DNA of 64,000 nucleotides from Candidatus Thalassarchaeaceae archaeon (lineage in GTDB: Archaea > Thermoplasmatota > Poseidoniia > Poseidoniales > Thalassarchaeaceae), in contig JASMLH010000001.1 of the NCBI GenBank assembly GCA_030748775.1, positions 106,658-170,657 on the forward strand, given 5' to 3'. This document shows positions 41,484-50,527 of the stretch, piece by piece. Positions within the stretch are counted from its first letter, which is position 1, and every line of letters begins with the position of its first letter. Position numbers and translations under genes: made by a program. A model generated the notes under the pieces. The model worked only from the letters and a program-made list of their open reading frames with translations, made no database searches and had not been told where the DNA came from.

Positions 41484-42523
41484 CTGAACCAGACTTCAAA
41501 GATCTCCTATCCCGATTTGACCCCCGCGACATGGCCGGGTTCACTAGTAAGTTCGTAGACGATCTTCGTTCCTCAATGTCTGCTACGATTGACATCGATG
41601 AAGATTCGGACTGGAGTGGCGTAATATGCCTGGGAATGGGCGGATCAGGTGCAGGAGGATTGTTCCTTAGGGCTCTCTCAGATGATTCAGGAGGACTCCC
41701 CTTCGTAGTTTGGAGGGACTATGGTCTGCCTTCTTGGTGGGGCCCGGACTGGCTTGTTATTGCAACTTCATACTCTGGGAATACCGAAGAGACCCTCGAC
41801 GGAGTCAGAGAGGCAATCTCCAATGGCGGAACGGTCGTGGGAATTTGTTCAGGAGGAAAAATGGAGGACTTCCTTCTGGAAAGCGAAGGCTCGGTCTGCC
41901 TAAATGTCCCGCCGGGTCAGATGCCGCGCTCTGCATTCGGCCACATTATGGGAACTCAACTATCGGCTTGTTGGTCGTTGGGGTTGCTTCCCGAACCGAG
42001 CCCCGAGGAAATCACAAGAATGCTCAGTAGACTTTCGGAGGCTTCCGAGGATGCAGATATCTCAGATAACTCGGGAATGGCAGCGACTCTCTCTCGATCC
42101 TTAGTCGGAAAGGAGGTTGGGATAGTTTCTCCAACCTGCCTCGGTCCAGCTGCCTACCGATTTTCCTGCCAACTCAATGAGAATTCTGCAATTCATGCTA
42201 CTTCTTCTGATGTACCTGAAATGAACCACAATGAGATAGTAGCTTGGTCAAGCAATAGTTCGGAAAAACGAGCACTATTGTTGCTTTCAAGTAGAGACAT
42301 ACACCCTAGGACAACTGCTAGAATTGATTGGATCCTAGATGAAGTCGAGGCATCGCCGACATGGATCATCGAGTGCGATGGCGAAAGTTTGTTGGAAAGA
42401 CTACTCTACGCAGCTCATGTTACTGATTGGATTTCCATAGGGCTAGCTGTCCTTACCGAAGTAGACCCCTCAGAAATGCATGCAATTGAGTCACTTAAGG
42501 CCCACCTTGCGTCTGTTCAATAG
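41480..42523 (+). CDS. bifunctional phosphoglucose/phosphomannose isomerase (SIS domain, archaeal type)
   Basis: GMGGSG and SYSGNTEET motifs. About 350 aa. Confidence 0.65.
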   Translation: MTEPDFKDLLSRFDPRDMAGFTSKFVDDLRSSMSATIDIDEDSDWSGVICLGMGGSGAGGLFLRALSDDSGGLPFVVWRDYGLPSWWGPDWLVIATSYSGNTEETLDGVREAISNGGTVVGICSGGKMEDFLLESEGSVCLNVPPGQMPRSAFGHIMGTQLSACWSLGLLPEPSPEEITRMLSRLSEASEDADISDNSGMAATLSRSLVGKEVGIVSPTCLGPAAYRFSCQLNENSAIHATSSDVPEMNHNEIVAWSSNSSEKRALLLLSSRDIHPRTTARIDWILDEVEASPTWIIECDGESLLERLLYAAHVTDWISIGLAVLTEVDPSEMHAIESLKAHLASVQ

Positions 42524-43116
42524 AGAGGGCCAAGCACTAGTCTAGGATCCGGATAGTCCCTGAGTGCCTGCCCCCTGTCCTTTGGAGCAACCACTCCAGG
42601 AAGGTCATGAGTCTCCGGCTCAATCAGGGAAAGCTGGAAGTGCAGGTGTGGCTCCCATCCTCCGTTCTCATGAAAGTCACCAAGCCAGGCAATCACTTCC
42701 CCAGCAGATATCTTCTGACCTACATGCTTTCCTTCCAGAGACGCTGAATCAAGATGTCCGTAGAGTGCCCAAAAGAACTCTCCTCCGATATCGTGCCTTG
42801 TGATGACGACGTTCCCATAATCGCCCTGTTCAGGATTATATCCAAAGTGCGAAATTTCGCCCTCCATGGGCGACATGCACGGCGTCCCTACGGGTGCACC
42901 AATGTCGATTCCGACATGCAAGAATCGCTCACCTTGAAAAATCTCGGTATTGTACAAACCCGGCCGCAGCTCGTCGTATTTTCCAACGCTGTAAACAGTT
43001 TCTGGCGTACTCCAATTACCATCCGATAGGTCAAGAACAGAATATTTCTCAGGCATCCTGATGACTTCTTCGAATCGTTGCGCGCTCCAGTCCACCATGG
43101 TCTTCCGATGTACCAT
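42517..43116 (-). CDS. M23-family (LytM-like) metallopeptidase domain protein
   Basis: HVGIDIGAPVGTP (HxxxD) and HLHFQLS (HxH) zinc-ligand motifs. Confidence 0.6.
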   Translation of the reverse strand: MVHRKTMVDWSAQRFEEVIRMPEKYSVLDLSDGNWSTPETVYSVGKYDELRPGLYNTEIFQGERFLHVGIDIGAPVGTPCMSPMEGEISHFGYNPEQGDYGNVVITRHDIGGEFFWALYGHLDSASLEGKHVGQKISAGEVIAWLGDFHENGGWEPHLHFQLSLIEPETHDLPGVVAPKDRGQALRDYPDPRLVLGPLY

Positions 43117-44338
43117 CTAGCAATGACTCCTCCTCCTCGGCTCTTTCAGCAAGGCTCCTGATTCCGCTCTTCTCACGAAGATCCTTTTTCGTCCTGGCTC
43201 CGAGCTCCTCTAGTTTCTCAGTCTGCTTGATAATACTCCCCGATCCTTCAATCAAGCGATTTTCGGCCAAGTCATATGCCTCCTTAGCTTGGCGAAGCTC
43301 GAAACCAACACTAGTGAAAGACTCGAGGAAAAGCACAATTTTGTCGTGAAGTTTTCCTGCCCGATCCATCAACTCAATCTGGTTTTTTGACTGATTCTCC
43401 TTTTGCCACAAATCTTTGACCAGAAGCAATACGATATCCAGCGCGCCACTTGGCGTGATCTTGACTTTGTCGTACGAGCTAACTTCCGAATAGAGGTCCG
43501 GATTGTACCTTATCGCATCGTAGAATGCGCTGTCAATTGGGGGGATCATGAGGACGAACTCAGGAGCATTGACTCCCTCTAAATGGTGATAGTTCTTCGA
43601 AGCGAGTTTTTTGTAATGAGAGCGAATCGATTCGCAGTGCCTTTTCATCGCCGCATTTCTCTCTTCTTCGTCTTTAGCTTCGATAAACTCGGTATACGCC
43701 TTTAGTGAGACTTTCGAATCTAGAACAACTTGCCTGTCATTTGGAAGATTAACTATGAAATCAGCTAACTTCCTTGATCCATCTGCAGCTGTTTCCGAAT
43801 GCTGCTTTACGTAGTCTCGACCTTCTACAAATCCCATTCTTTGGAGAGAGTTCTCTAGAACTACTTCTCCCCATGCACCTTGGACTTGCGAGTCTCCTTT
43901 CAGTGCACGTGTGAGGTTGTTCGCATCATCTGAGATCTTTATTCCTGCCTCTACCATTGAGTCCAATCTCTCTCTAAGTGCAACGTTCATGTCGTTGTTG
44001 CCCTTTTCCAAATCAAGCAGCGCCTTCTGGTATTCCCCAATGCTGTCCGATAGTTTTTCAGTAGCCGTTTTGAAAGAAGCCTCCTTTTCCTTGTCGGCCA
44101 ACTCGATTACCGTGGAGAAGGCTTCCCCCGCAGCCAATTTATACGCATCGAGCATTTGTTCTCGAGTTCCCTCGAAAGCCTCTTCCTTTGCTTCAATAAG
44201 GGCCCTGAGACGATACAACTCTTGTTCAGATGCAGTAGATTCAGAGGACAAATTGCCCCTGGAAAGTAACCAACCTATAGTTGTACCAAATATCAGTCCG
44301 AGGACAATATATGCAAGCCCGAGTGCCTCCACATCCAA
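43049..44338 (-). CDS. rmuC: RmuC-family DNA recombination protein (N-terminal TM, coiled-coil, C-terminal nuclease-like domain)
   Basis: N-terminal TM LAYIVLGLIFGTTIGWLL, long coiled-coil. C-terminal EFVLMIPPIDSAFY…PSGALDIVLLLV region resembling RmuC. Confidence 0.55.
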   Translation of the reverse strand: MDVEALGLAYIVLGLIFGTTIGWLLSRGNLSSESTASEQELYRLRALIEAKEEAFEGTREQMLDAYKLAAGEAFSTVIELADKEKEASFKTATEKLSDSIGEYQKALLDLEKGNNDMNVALRERLDSMVEAGIKISDDANNLTRALKGDSQVQGAWGEVVLENSLQRMGFVEGRDYVKQHSETAADGSRKLADFIVNLPNDRQVVLDSKVSLKAYTEFIEAKDEEERNAAMKRHCESIRSHYKKLASKNYHHLEGVNAPEFVLMIPPIDSAFYDAIRYNPDLYSEVSSYDKVKITPSGALDIVLLLVKDLWQKENQSKNQIELMDRAGKLHDKIVLFLESFTSVGFELRQAKEAYDLAENRLIEGSGSIIKQTEKLEELGARTKKDLREKSGIRSLAERAEEEESLLDGTSEDHGGLERATIRRSHQDA

Positions 44339-45048
44339 GCATTATAATCGGGAGTATTTCAACTATCATGAAGAATAGCAACTTTAGATTAATCCAATCG
44401 CCCCCCCAGGATAACATGCGGCTCCGAACCCTGGCCATTGAGCTATCAAAACTCGAGGGAATTTCCAAGCAGAAGATAGAGTTTGAGCAATACCAAACTG
44501 GCGGGGATTTGGCAGCTCGTTGGCTCAGCGATATCCTGGCTTTCGATGATATTTCTGATGATTGCAGGGTAGCCGATTTAGGTTCCGGAAATGGGATTTT
44601 AGGGATAGGGACGGTCCTTCTGGGGGCGAAATCAGCATTTCTCGTTGAAATTGATGAAGAATCATGCTCAGTTTGCAGGAGAAACATTGAGTCTCTGGGT
44701 TTGCAAGAACAGGTGGAGGTCATTCATCTAGAAATTGGAATGGATGATTTGGAGCTCGGAGATATCGATCTCATCATTTCTAATCCTCCTTGGGGCAGGC
44801 AAACAAAGGCCGCTGACAGGCCATTTTTAGAAGCAATTATTTCCATCGGAGCGAAAGCCCATTTGATGCACAGTGCAGAAGCAACCCATGTTGAGAAATT
44901 CTTCATGAAGTCAGACTGGAGCACAGAAAAATATGGCATTGGGGACTTTGCTTTGCCTGCGGCATACCAGCATCACATCAGGAAAAGAGGGAGAACAAGT
45001 GCTGTTTTCTGGCGAATGACCCCTCCCATTCGGGACATGCCGATTTAG
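44281..45048 (+). CDS. class I SAM-dependent methyltransferase (N6-adenine/N5-glutamine NPPW type; COG2263-like putative RNA methylase)
   Basis: Motif I VADLGSGNGILG. Motif IV DLIISNPPWG. Likely start at about 44368 (MKNSNF…). Confidence 0.55.
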   Translation: MYQISVRGQYMQARVPPHPSIIIGSISTIMKNSNFRLIQSPPQDNMRLRTLAIELSKLEGISKQKIEFEQYQTGGDLAARWLSDILAFDDISDDCRVADLGSGNGILGIGTVLLGAKSAFLVEIDEESCSVCRRNIESLGLQEQVEVIHLEIGMDDLELGDIDLIISNPPWGRQTKAADRPFLEAIISIGAKAHLMHSAEATHVEKFFMKSDWSTEKYGIGDFALPAAYQHHIRKRGRTSAVFWRMTPPIRDMPI

Positions 45049-45075
45049 GCCGGACCGTTCATAGGGGGTATTCCG

Positions 45076-46341
45076 GTGGGCGGGCCGATGGCAGCATCGA
45101 TAGGTGACCACGTTACTCCCGGAACTCCAATAGAATTTGACCCCGAGTCAGGTTTTGGCGAGGGAATTCACGTTTCAGAAAGGGGTGCCATGGCAGTCCT
45201 CTCTGGACAAATTGTGAGTGACTCGGGGATTATTTCGGTCGAATCCTCGGTACCGCCAATCAATTCGCCAAAAATGGGCGATATATTGATCGGCGAGGTG
45301 AACAGACTCAATGAGAAGACCGCTGAGATCCGCGTTCTCCATATTGAGTCAAATGAAGGAGGCCATAGGGCTGTCCCAGCACTGAAGCTGTTCGCTGACA
45401 TCTACGTTTCTGAGATAGTGGATCGATTCATCCCATCAGCGGGTGATGCCATGAGGAAGCGTGACATTGTCAGGGCTAAAGTGATCAATGTTGAGCCGAT
45501 GTTGAAGGCCTCTACCAAGGGAGACTCCAATCTAGGGGTCCTTCATGCAGCCTGTCCACCTTGCGGGGCAGATCTAGTTGTGAGCGAAAAGACCCCCGAC
45601 TTCAACGTAGAATGCCCCCGATGCGACTACAGGGGTTTCAGAGGCCTTTCAAACGGCTTCGGGCACGGATTCGAGATCCCAGAAGGATCTGACATCCAGA
45701 GCCTAAATCGCCCTGGCCAGAGGTGGTCAGAAGAAGCGGAGTCAATGCTTGGTCACGACGGAGCCCGTCCGTATCTCTCCCCTGTAGCAGATCACAGGAG
45801 AGGCTGGAATCACGAGATCCCTGCATCAGCCAGGAGATCGCCATCCGCAAGGGGCGGTGGAAGGCAGAAGAGGGAGATGTTCCCTACCGAATGCACACTC
45901 TGTGGCGATTCGACCAAGGTTCCCTTCAAACCCACTCCTGGGAAGCCAATTCGTTGCAGGGGATGCATGGAGAAAGTAGAGTCGGGTAAAGCCGACAAGG
46001 ATGACCTCGCCAAGGAAAGGAAGACCATCAAGATGGCTAGAGAGAAGGCCCAAGGTGAAATTGGTGCCAAACTCTTCGTAGGCGGAATATCCTATGACGC
46101 ATCCGAGGACGACCTCAGGGAGGCGTTTTCAACTCATGGAAAACTGAAGGAAGTCCACCTAGCTATGGACAAAGAAAAGAACCGACCAAAGGGATTCGCA
46201 TTCGTGACATTTTCCAGCAAGGAAGAAGCAAAGAAGGCAATTAAGGCGTTGAATAACACCGAATTCAAGGGAAGGCGGATCTCTGTGGAGGAGTCAAACC
46301 CCAAGGGCCGTAATCGAAGCAAGGGCCGTAGAAGAAGATAA
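45076..46341 (+). CDS. csl4: exosome cap subunit Csl4 (N-domain, S1, Zn-ribbon) fused to a second Zn-ribbon and a C-terminal RRM domain
   Basis: Csl4-like VTPGTPIEF…GVLHAACPPCGADL…ECPRCD, then CTLCGDS…CRGCMEK. RRM with RNP2 LFVGGI and RNP1 KGFAFVTF, basic tail GRNRSKGRRRR. Confidence 0.7.
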   Translation: MGGPMAASIGDHVTPGTPIEFDPESGFGEGIHVSERGAMAVLSGQIVSDSGIISVESSVPPINSPKMGDILIGEVNRLNEKTAEIRVLHIESNEGGHRAVPALKLFADIYVSEIVDRFIPSAGDAMRKRDIVRAKVINVEPMLKASTKGDSNLGVLHAACPPCGADLVVSEKTPDFNVECPRCDYRGFRGLSNGFGHGFEIPEGSDIQSLNRPGQRWSEEAESMLGHDGARPYLSPVADHRRGWNHEIPASARRSPSARGGGRQKREMFPTECTLCGDSTKVPFKPTPGKPIRCRGCMEKVESGKADKDDLAKERKTIKMAREKAQGEIGAKLFVGGISYDASEDDLREAFSTHGKLKEVHLAMDKEKNRPKGFAFVTFSSKEEAKKAIKALNNTEFKGRRISVEESNPKGRNRSKGRRRR

Positions 46342-46370
46342 GCAATCTGAAATCAACGACCACCTACGAT

Positions 46371-48140
46371 GTGACGGTTGACATGCCAGGATGGCTAGTA
46401 CTCGATGGTTACGAGGACGAGCCTGCAGCATTCGGGGTGCCGAATTACGTGGGCTTCCACATCCGTTACATTTGCGGTGTTTTCGAAAACCGAGGGATCC
46501 CATATGAGTACCTGACAATAGACCAGATGAGGATCAATAAGAGGGAGGGCAAATCATCAATTCACTCAGAATTGGATGGAGTGGTCATCCTAGCTGGAGC
46601 AGTGGTTCCAGGTAAGTACGTCAGGGGAACTCCGATTAGCAGCAGGGAACTCGATAGCCTTCTCGTAGATATTCCTCAGCGAATCCCGGTTCTTTGTGGG
46701 GGTTGGGCAATTAGGCAGTGGAGATATTCTGGATGGGCCCCTCTTAGGGAATCCCTTTTCTGCACAGTCCAGGATGTCGATGCGACTCTGAATCACTATT
46801 TGGAGACTGGAGCCTGGGAAAATAGGAAGAGGGACTCCCAACAATGGGGCAGATGGGCATTGTTGGGCGCCCAATCGAAAGCAGTCACCAATCACCCAGA
46901 TCTAATTTCTGGAGACGGTTCGTCTGGACCACTAACCTACGAAGTAGAGCTTTACCAGGGATGCGTGCGTTTCAAGCGTGGATGCAAGTTCTGCATCGAG
47001 CCAAAAAAGGGAGTCCCACTATGGAGGGAAAGGGAGGATGTCATCAACGAGATCACAACTGCTCTTGATTCGGGAGTAAGGAATGTCAGGATTGGAGGGG
47101 CGACTGACATCTATACCTACAAGGCAGAAGGAGTAGAAGAACTGGAATACCCAATTCCCAACCCCGAACCCATCTCAGAGATACTCTACCAACTCAGGGA
47201 GGACGAACGTGTCGAAGTACTGCATGTTGACAATGCCAATCCCTCGATTATCGCTGAAAACATGGAACCATCCAAGGAGATTACCAAGACTCTTGTCGAT
47301 ACACTGACGGATGGTGCAGTCCTTTCATTTGGCCTCGAATCAGCTGATACCAGGGTCCATGAAGAGAACTGGCTGAATTGCAACACTGATCAACTATTGA
47401 AAGCAGTTCGGATGGTGAATGAATTCGGCCGTGAGAGAGGCGAAAGAGGACTCCCAAGACTACTTCCGGGCCTGAACTTCATCGCCGGACTAAATGGTGA
47501 GACAGAAGCTACGTATTCTGAAAACATTAGGCTTTTGAGAAAATTGAGGAGTGAGGGCCTTTGGCTAAGGAGGATAAACATAAGGCAAGTAGAGGGACGT
47601 GGATTCCAGGAAGTCCCCACTAGAATCTTTAGGGAATTCAAGAAGAAGGTGAGGGAAGAGATAGACTCCCCCCTCCTAGAAGAGATGCTTCCCGTCGGGA
47701 CAGTCCTGAAGGACGTCAGGTGGGAATCTCACAAGGATCGAATACGAAGGCCCGAGCAAGTGTCCGATCCATCATTCAGAGATCCTCTCATTCACGGTAG
47801 TTCGGGAATCACATTCGGAAGGCAGATCGGCGCTTATCCGATTCTTGTTGGAGCCCGATACCGAATTCCTTTGGAGACACGCTCTGACATAATGGTGACG
47901 GGCCATGGTAGCAGGAGTGTCTCTGGGGTCGAATTGGGTCTTGACGTAAATAGTGCATCACAACAGCAACTGGAGGCAATTCCCGGTATTGGCAAGAAGT
48001 CAGCCTGGGCCATAGTCAGCACTAGGGCTAAGCTTGTTGGGTCAGGGCCACAAGGAAAATTCTCAACTGTAGATGAAGCATTCGAAGAGTCAGGCCTAGA
48101 TGTGCCCTTGTTGGCAACGACTGTCCTTGAGGCGAATTAG
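46371..48140 (+). CDS. radical-SAM-like Fe-S enzyme with C-terminal helix-hairpin-helix (COG1031-like)
   Basis: Cys cluster GCVRFKRGCKFC. C-terminal HhH QQLEAIPGIGKKSAWAIV. About 590 aa as in the archaeal COG1031 family. Confidence 0.5.
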   Translation: MTVDMPGWLVLDGYEDEPAAFGVPNYVGFHIRYICGVFENRGIPYEYLTIDQMRINKREGKSSIHSELDGVVILAGAVVPGKYVRGTPISSRELDSLLVDIPQRIPVLCGGWAIRQWRYSGWAPLRESLFCTVQDVDATLNHYLETGAWENRKRDSQQWGRWALLGAQSKAVTNHPDLISGDGSSGPLTYEVELYQGCVRFKRGCKFCIEPKKGVPLWREREDVINEITTALDSGVRNVRIGGATDIYTYKAEGVEELEYPIPNPEPISEILYQLREDERVEVLHVDNANPSIIAENMEPSKEITKTLVDTLTDGAVLSFGLESADTRVHEENWLNCNTDQLLKAVRMVNEFGRERGERGLPRLLPGLNFIAGLNGETEATYSENIRLLRKLRSEGLWLRRINIRQVEGRGFQEVPTRIFREFKKKVREEIDSPLLEEMLPVGTVLKDVRWESHKDRIRRPEQVSDPSFRDPLIHGSSGITFGRQIGAYPILVGARYRIPLETRSDIMVTGHGSRSVSGVELGLDVNSASQQQLEAIPGIGKKSAWAIVSTRAKLVGSGPQGKFSTVDEAFEESGLDVPLLATTVLEAN

Positions 48141-48156
48141 GAGTGACCAACTCTTC

Positions 48157-48921
48157 TCAAACATAGAAGTCAGTCGATACCTCTGCCTCTTCATCGCCAA
48201 GAATATTCTCAATCGTTCCTGTAGGATCAATCTCTTTCATCAGTCTCGCTGCGGTCCTTTCTGTGGTATCTAGGTCCAGATCAAGAGGAATATCGAATGC
48301 CTGCTCAATCCATTTTGCCATTCGGTCGGCCGCCATAACGTCACAACTGGCCCCCACCGTCTCGGCAATGATTCCTGCAGCATTTACTCCCTTCACCGAG
48401 GAGAGAGAAAGCACCATCCCTGCTATTCCAATCATTCCACTATGGGGCTGATCCCTAGAGACAATGATGTCACTTGCCTCTAGCTTCGACCGGAATCTCG
48501 CATCCGCGCAGATTACGTGTATGGACCTCTCTTCTGGTCCCGATGCTAACCCGGCTAGAACCAGTAACCTGGGGGAGGATGATTTCGATGCCAGCTCAAG
48601 TATCGATTCCGAAACTTCAAACTGGCCCGCAGCAGTCATGGGCTGCATTAGGCCAGTAATTGCAACCAGTGTTTCCCCGTTTGGCATTAGAATCGACTTC
48701 AAATCCAACCTCGGAGGGCGAATCAGGCCTTCTTCGTCCAGATTTGCATGGGGTGGGAAGTCAGGATGGATGATCCAACCCAAAGTCCTCGATGGGTGCT
48801 TCTTGACCAATCCGTCTATCACAATCTTGCCAACGTTCCCTATTCCAGGGACTGCCTCCAGAATGGTGCAGCCCTCTGGCATTGACTCTCCTTCGAGCCA
48901 GTGAATTGTGGCACGACTCAT
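48157..48921 (-). CDS. PAC2-family (proteasome assembly chaperone-like, COG1938) protein
   Basis: About 250 aa. Position immediately downstream of nop10 as in many archaea. GIGNVGKIV N-terminal motif. Confidence 0.45.
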   Translation of the reverse strand: MSRATIHWLEGESMPEGCTILEAVPGIGNVGKIVIDGLVKKHPSRTLGWIIHPDFPPHANLDEEGLIRPPRLDLKSILMPNGETLVAITGLMQPMTAAGQFEVSESILELASKSSSPRLLVLAGLASGPEERSIHVICADARFRSKLEASDIIVSRDQPHSGMIGIAGMVLSLSSVKGVNAAGIIAETVGASCDVMAADRMAKWIEQAFDIPLDLDLDTTERTAARLMKEIDPTGTIENILGDEEAEVSTDFYV

Positions 48922-49130
48922 TCTTCGTCACTCTTCCTGGGGCTTGGGAGGGAATCGACCCACTCCTGACTGCCCGCATCGACTCTTTTCCTCCTCCTTG
49001 CACCTTGTGGGTCTTCAGGAGAGAATTTCAGGGGCGCAACGGCTTCCATTGCACCTCCACACTGTTCACATTTTTCCCCTAGTCCGAAATTACTGCACTC
49101 CTTGCACCTTTGCAACCTCGTCCTTGCCAT
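48918..49130 (-). CDS. nop10: H/ACA RNP subunit Nop10
   Basis: CKECSNFGLGEKCEQCGG zinc ribbon plus PLKFSPEDPQGARRRKR motif of Nop10. Downstream of aIF2-alpha. Confidence 0.75.
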   Translation of the reverse strand: MARTRLQRCKECSNFGLGEKCEQCGGAMEAVAPLKFSPEDPQGARRRKRVDAGSQEWVDSLPSPRKSDEE

Positions 49131-49190
49131 AGTGTTCGACCAGTACCCCCTCTAATGGGTAAATGAACTATCTTCCTTTCACGGACATTC

Positions 49191-49979
49191 TCACAAGCGT
49201 TCTATTGCAATCGAACCTTCGACCGAAGCAATGCTTTCTTCTGCTGCATTCTGCGCCGCTTCCCAAACTGCCTCGGCAGAGGGGTAATCCGGGGCTTTGA
49301 CATCCACCCTATAGTGGGGAGCACCATCGTAATGGCATGTGAGGGAAACGTCCTCGTTTCCTTCTGCACAGGCTTCTGCCGAAAGAAGAGCCTCTCGGAT
49401 TGCGTTTACTCCCTCGGGTCCCCAGACTTTGATGTCAAAGACTCCCCTGATTTCAACGAACGGAGGGACTATGTTCTCAATTGCCAACTCGGTTATTACA
49501 TCCATCCAAGAACCCTGGAATCCTGCATCTGAGAGCGCCGAATCGCTAATCGCACACTCTTCCAAGGCACCGTAGAGGGAGCCAAAAGACGCCTTCATCT
49601 CATCTGATATTGCCTCTGTCTTGGACTCTTTCCACCCGATCCTTTCAGCTGCAACCCTCATTATCTGGGCCGCTCTCTGCTCGTTCTTCCAGGATTGTAG
49701 TGCACCCCTCCTCCTCTCTTCCGAAACCGATTTTATGGACAGCGTTATGCTCTCCCTCTCTAGGTTTACTCCGATTACCTTGGCAACTACCCGCTGCCCT
49801 TCTCTGATATGCGTTCTAATATTCCTGACCCATCCAGTGGCAATTTCGCCAATGAAAACGAAACCCTCTTTCTCGGGAAACGTGTCAAGTGAGAGGTATG
49901 CTCCGTTCTCCTTCACATTCTTTACGGAGCAGACGACCAACTCGCCTTCATCAGGCCAGTCGTTCGCTTCCTCACTCAA
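49191..49979 (-). CDS. eif2a: translation initiation factor 2 alpha subunit (aIF2-alpha)
   Basis: N-terminal S1 domain (GELVVCSVKNVKENGAYLSL), helical and alpha/beta domains, about 260 aa. Confidence 0.85.
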   Translation of the reverse strand: MSEEANDWPDEGELVVCSVKNVKENGAYLSLDTFPEKEGFVFIGEIATGWVRNIRTHIREGQRVVAKVIGVNLERESITLSIKSVSEERRRGALQSWKNEQRAAQIMRVAAERIGWKESKTEAISDEMKASFGSLYGALEECAISDSALSDAGFQGSWMDVITELAIENIVPPFVEIRGVFDIKVWGPEGVNAIREALLSAEACAEGNEDVSLTCHYDGAPHYRVDVKAPDYPSAEAVWEAAQNAAEESIASVEGSIAIERL

Positions 49980-50023
49980 GATGCCGCCTCTCTAATTCAG
50001 AACCTCGACCACTGTGCATCCTG

Positions 50024-50161
50024 TTAGGTCAGCCATTCCACCCGACGGCTCTGCCAGCGTCGAACCACAGATAGAGCAAGAAATTGATGTTGAGGCCCTG
50101 TCAAATATTGTACATTCGTTCCCGCAGTCACGACAACTAACCTTCAGGAATCTACCAGCCA
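50024..50161 (-). CDS. rps27e: 30S ribosomal protein S27e (45 aa, GTG start; below ORF-track cutoff)
   Basis: Manual translation [45 protein letters not shown] with C4 zinc knuckle (CxxC…CxxC) and FLKVxCxxC signature. Sits between rpl44e and eif2a as in the conserved archaeal array. Confidence 0.6.
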
Positions 50162-50175
50162 CAATCTCTTCTCCT

Positions 50176-50457
50176 TCAATTGTCTACTAGTTCGAACTTC
50201 CTTGCCCTCTTTCCCTTCGGGGAGTGGGCCTTCCCTGTTTCGGTGCATCTGTAGACAAGATTCACCCTCTTTGTTGGTTTCTCCCCTGAAGGCTTTGGCC
50301 GGGGGAAACCTCGATACCCTGAGGTCACCCTACGAAATCTCCTCTGGCCCCACTTAAGCTCACTGGCCCTTCTCTTCTTGACTCGTTCTACAGTGTGCTC
50401 AGTGTGCTTTCCAGCAGATGGACTGTATCTCATTACCTTCCGGGGCATCTTGACCAT
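50176..50457 (-). CDS. rpl44e: 50S ribosomal protein L44e (eL42), zinc-finger cysteines mostly replaced
   Basis: MVKMPRKV…KHTEHTV…KPTKRVNLVYRCTETGKAH matches L44e. Track ORF extended 23 codons upstream of the conserved MVKMPRK start. Confidence 0.7.
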   Translation of the reverse strand: MVKMPRKVMRYSPSAGKHTEHTVERVKKRRASELKWGQRRFRRVTSGYRGFPRPKPSGEKPTKRVNLVYRCTETGKAHSPKGKRARKFELVDN

Positions 50458-50527
50458 GCTGTCACCTCGCAACTCGTGCGCGGCGAGCCACCAATGGCCC
50501 GTATATGAACTAGTCGAGCGCCGCAAA

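Noticed and set aside
50378-50527. 5' 50 codons of the track ORF 50378..51157
   Set aside because: This stretch overlaps rpl44e on the opposite strand. The first ATG beyond the overlap (50528) precedes the first TM segment.
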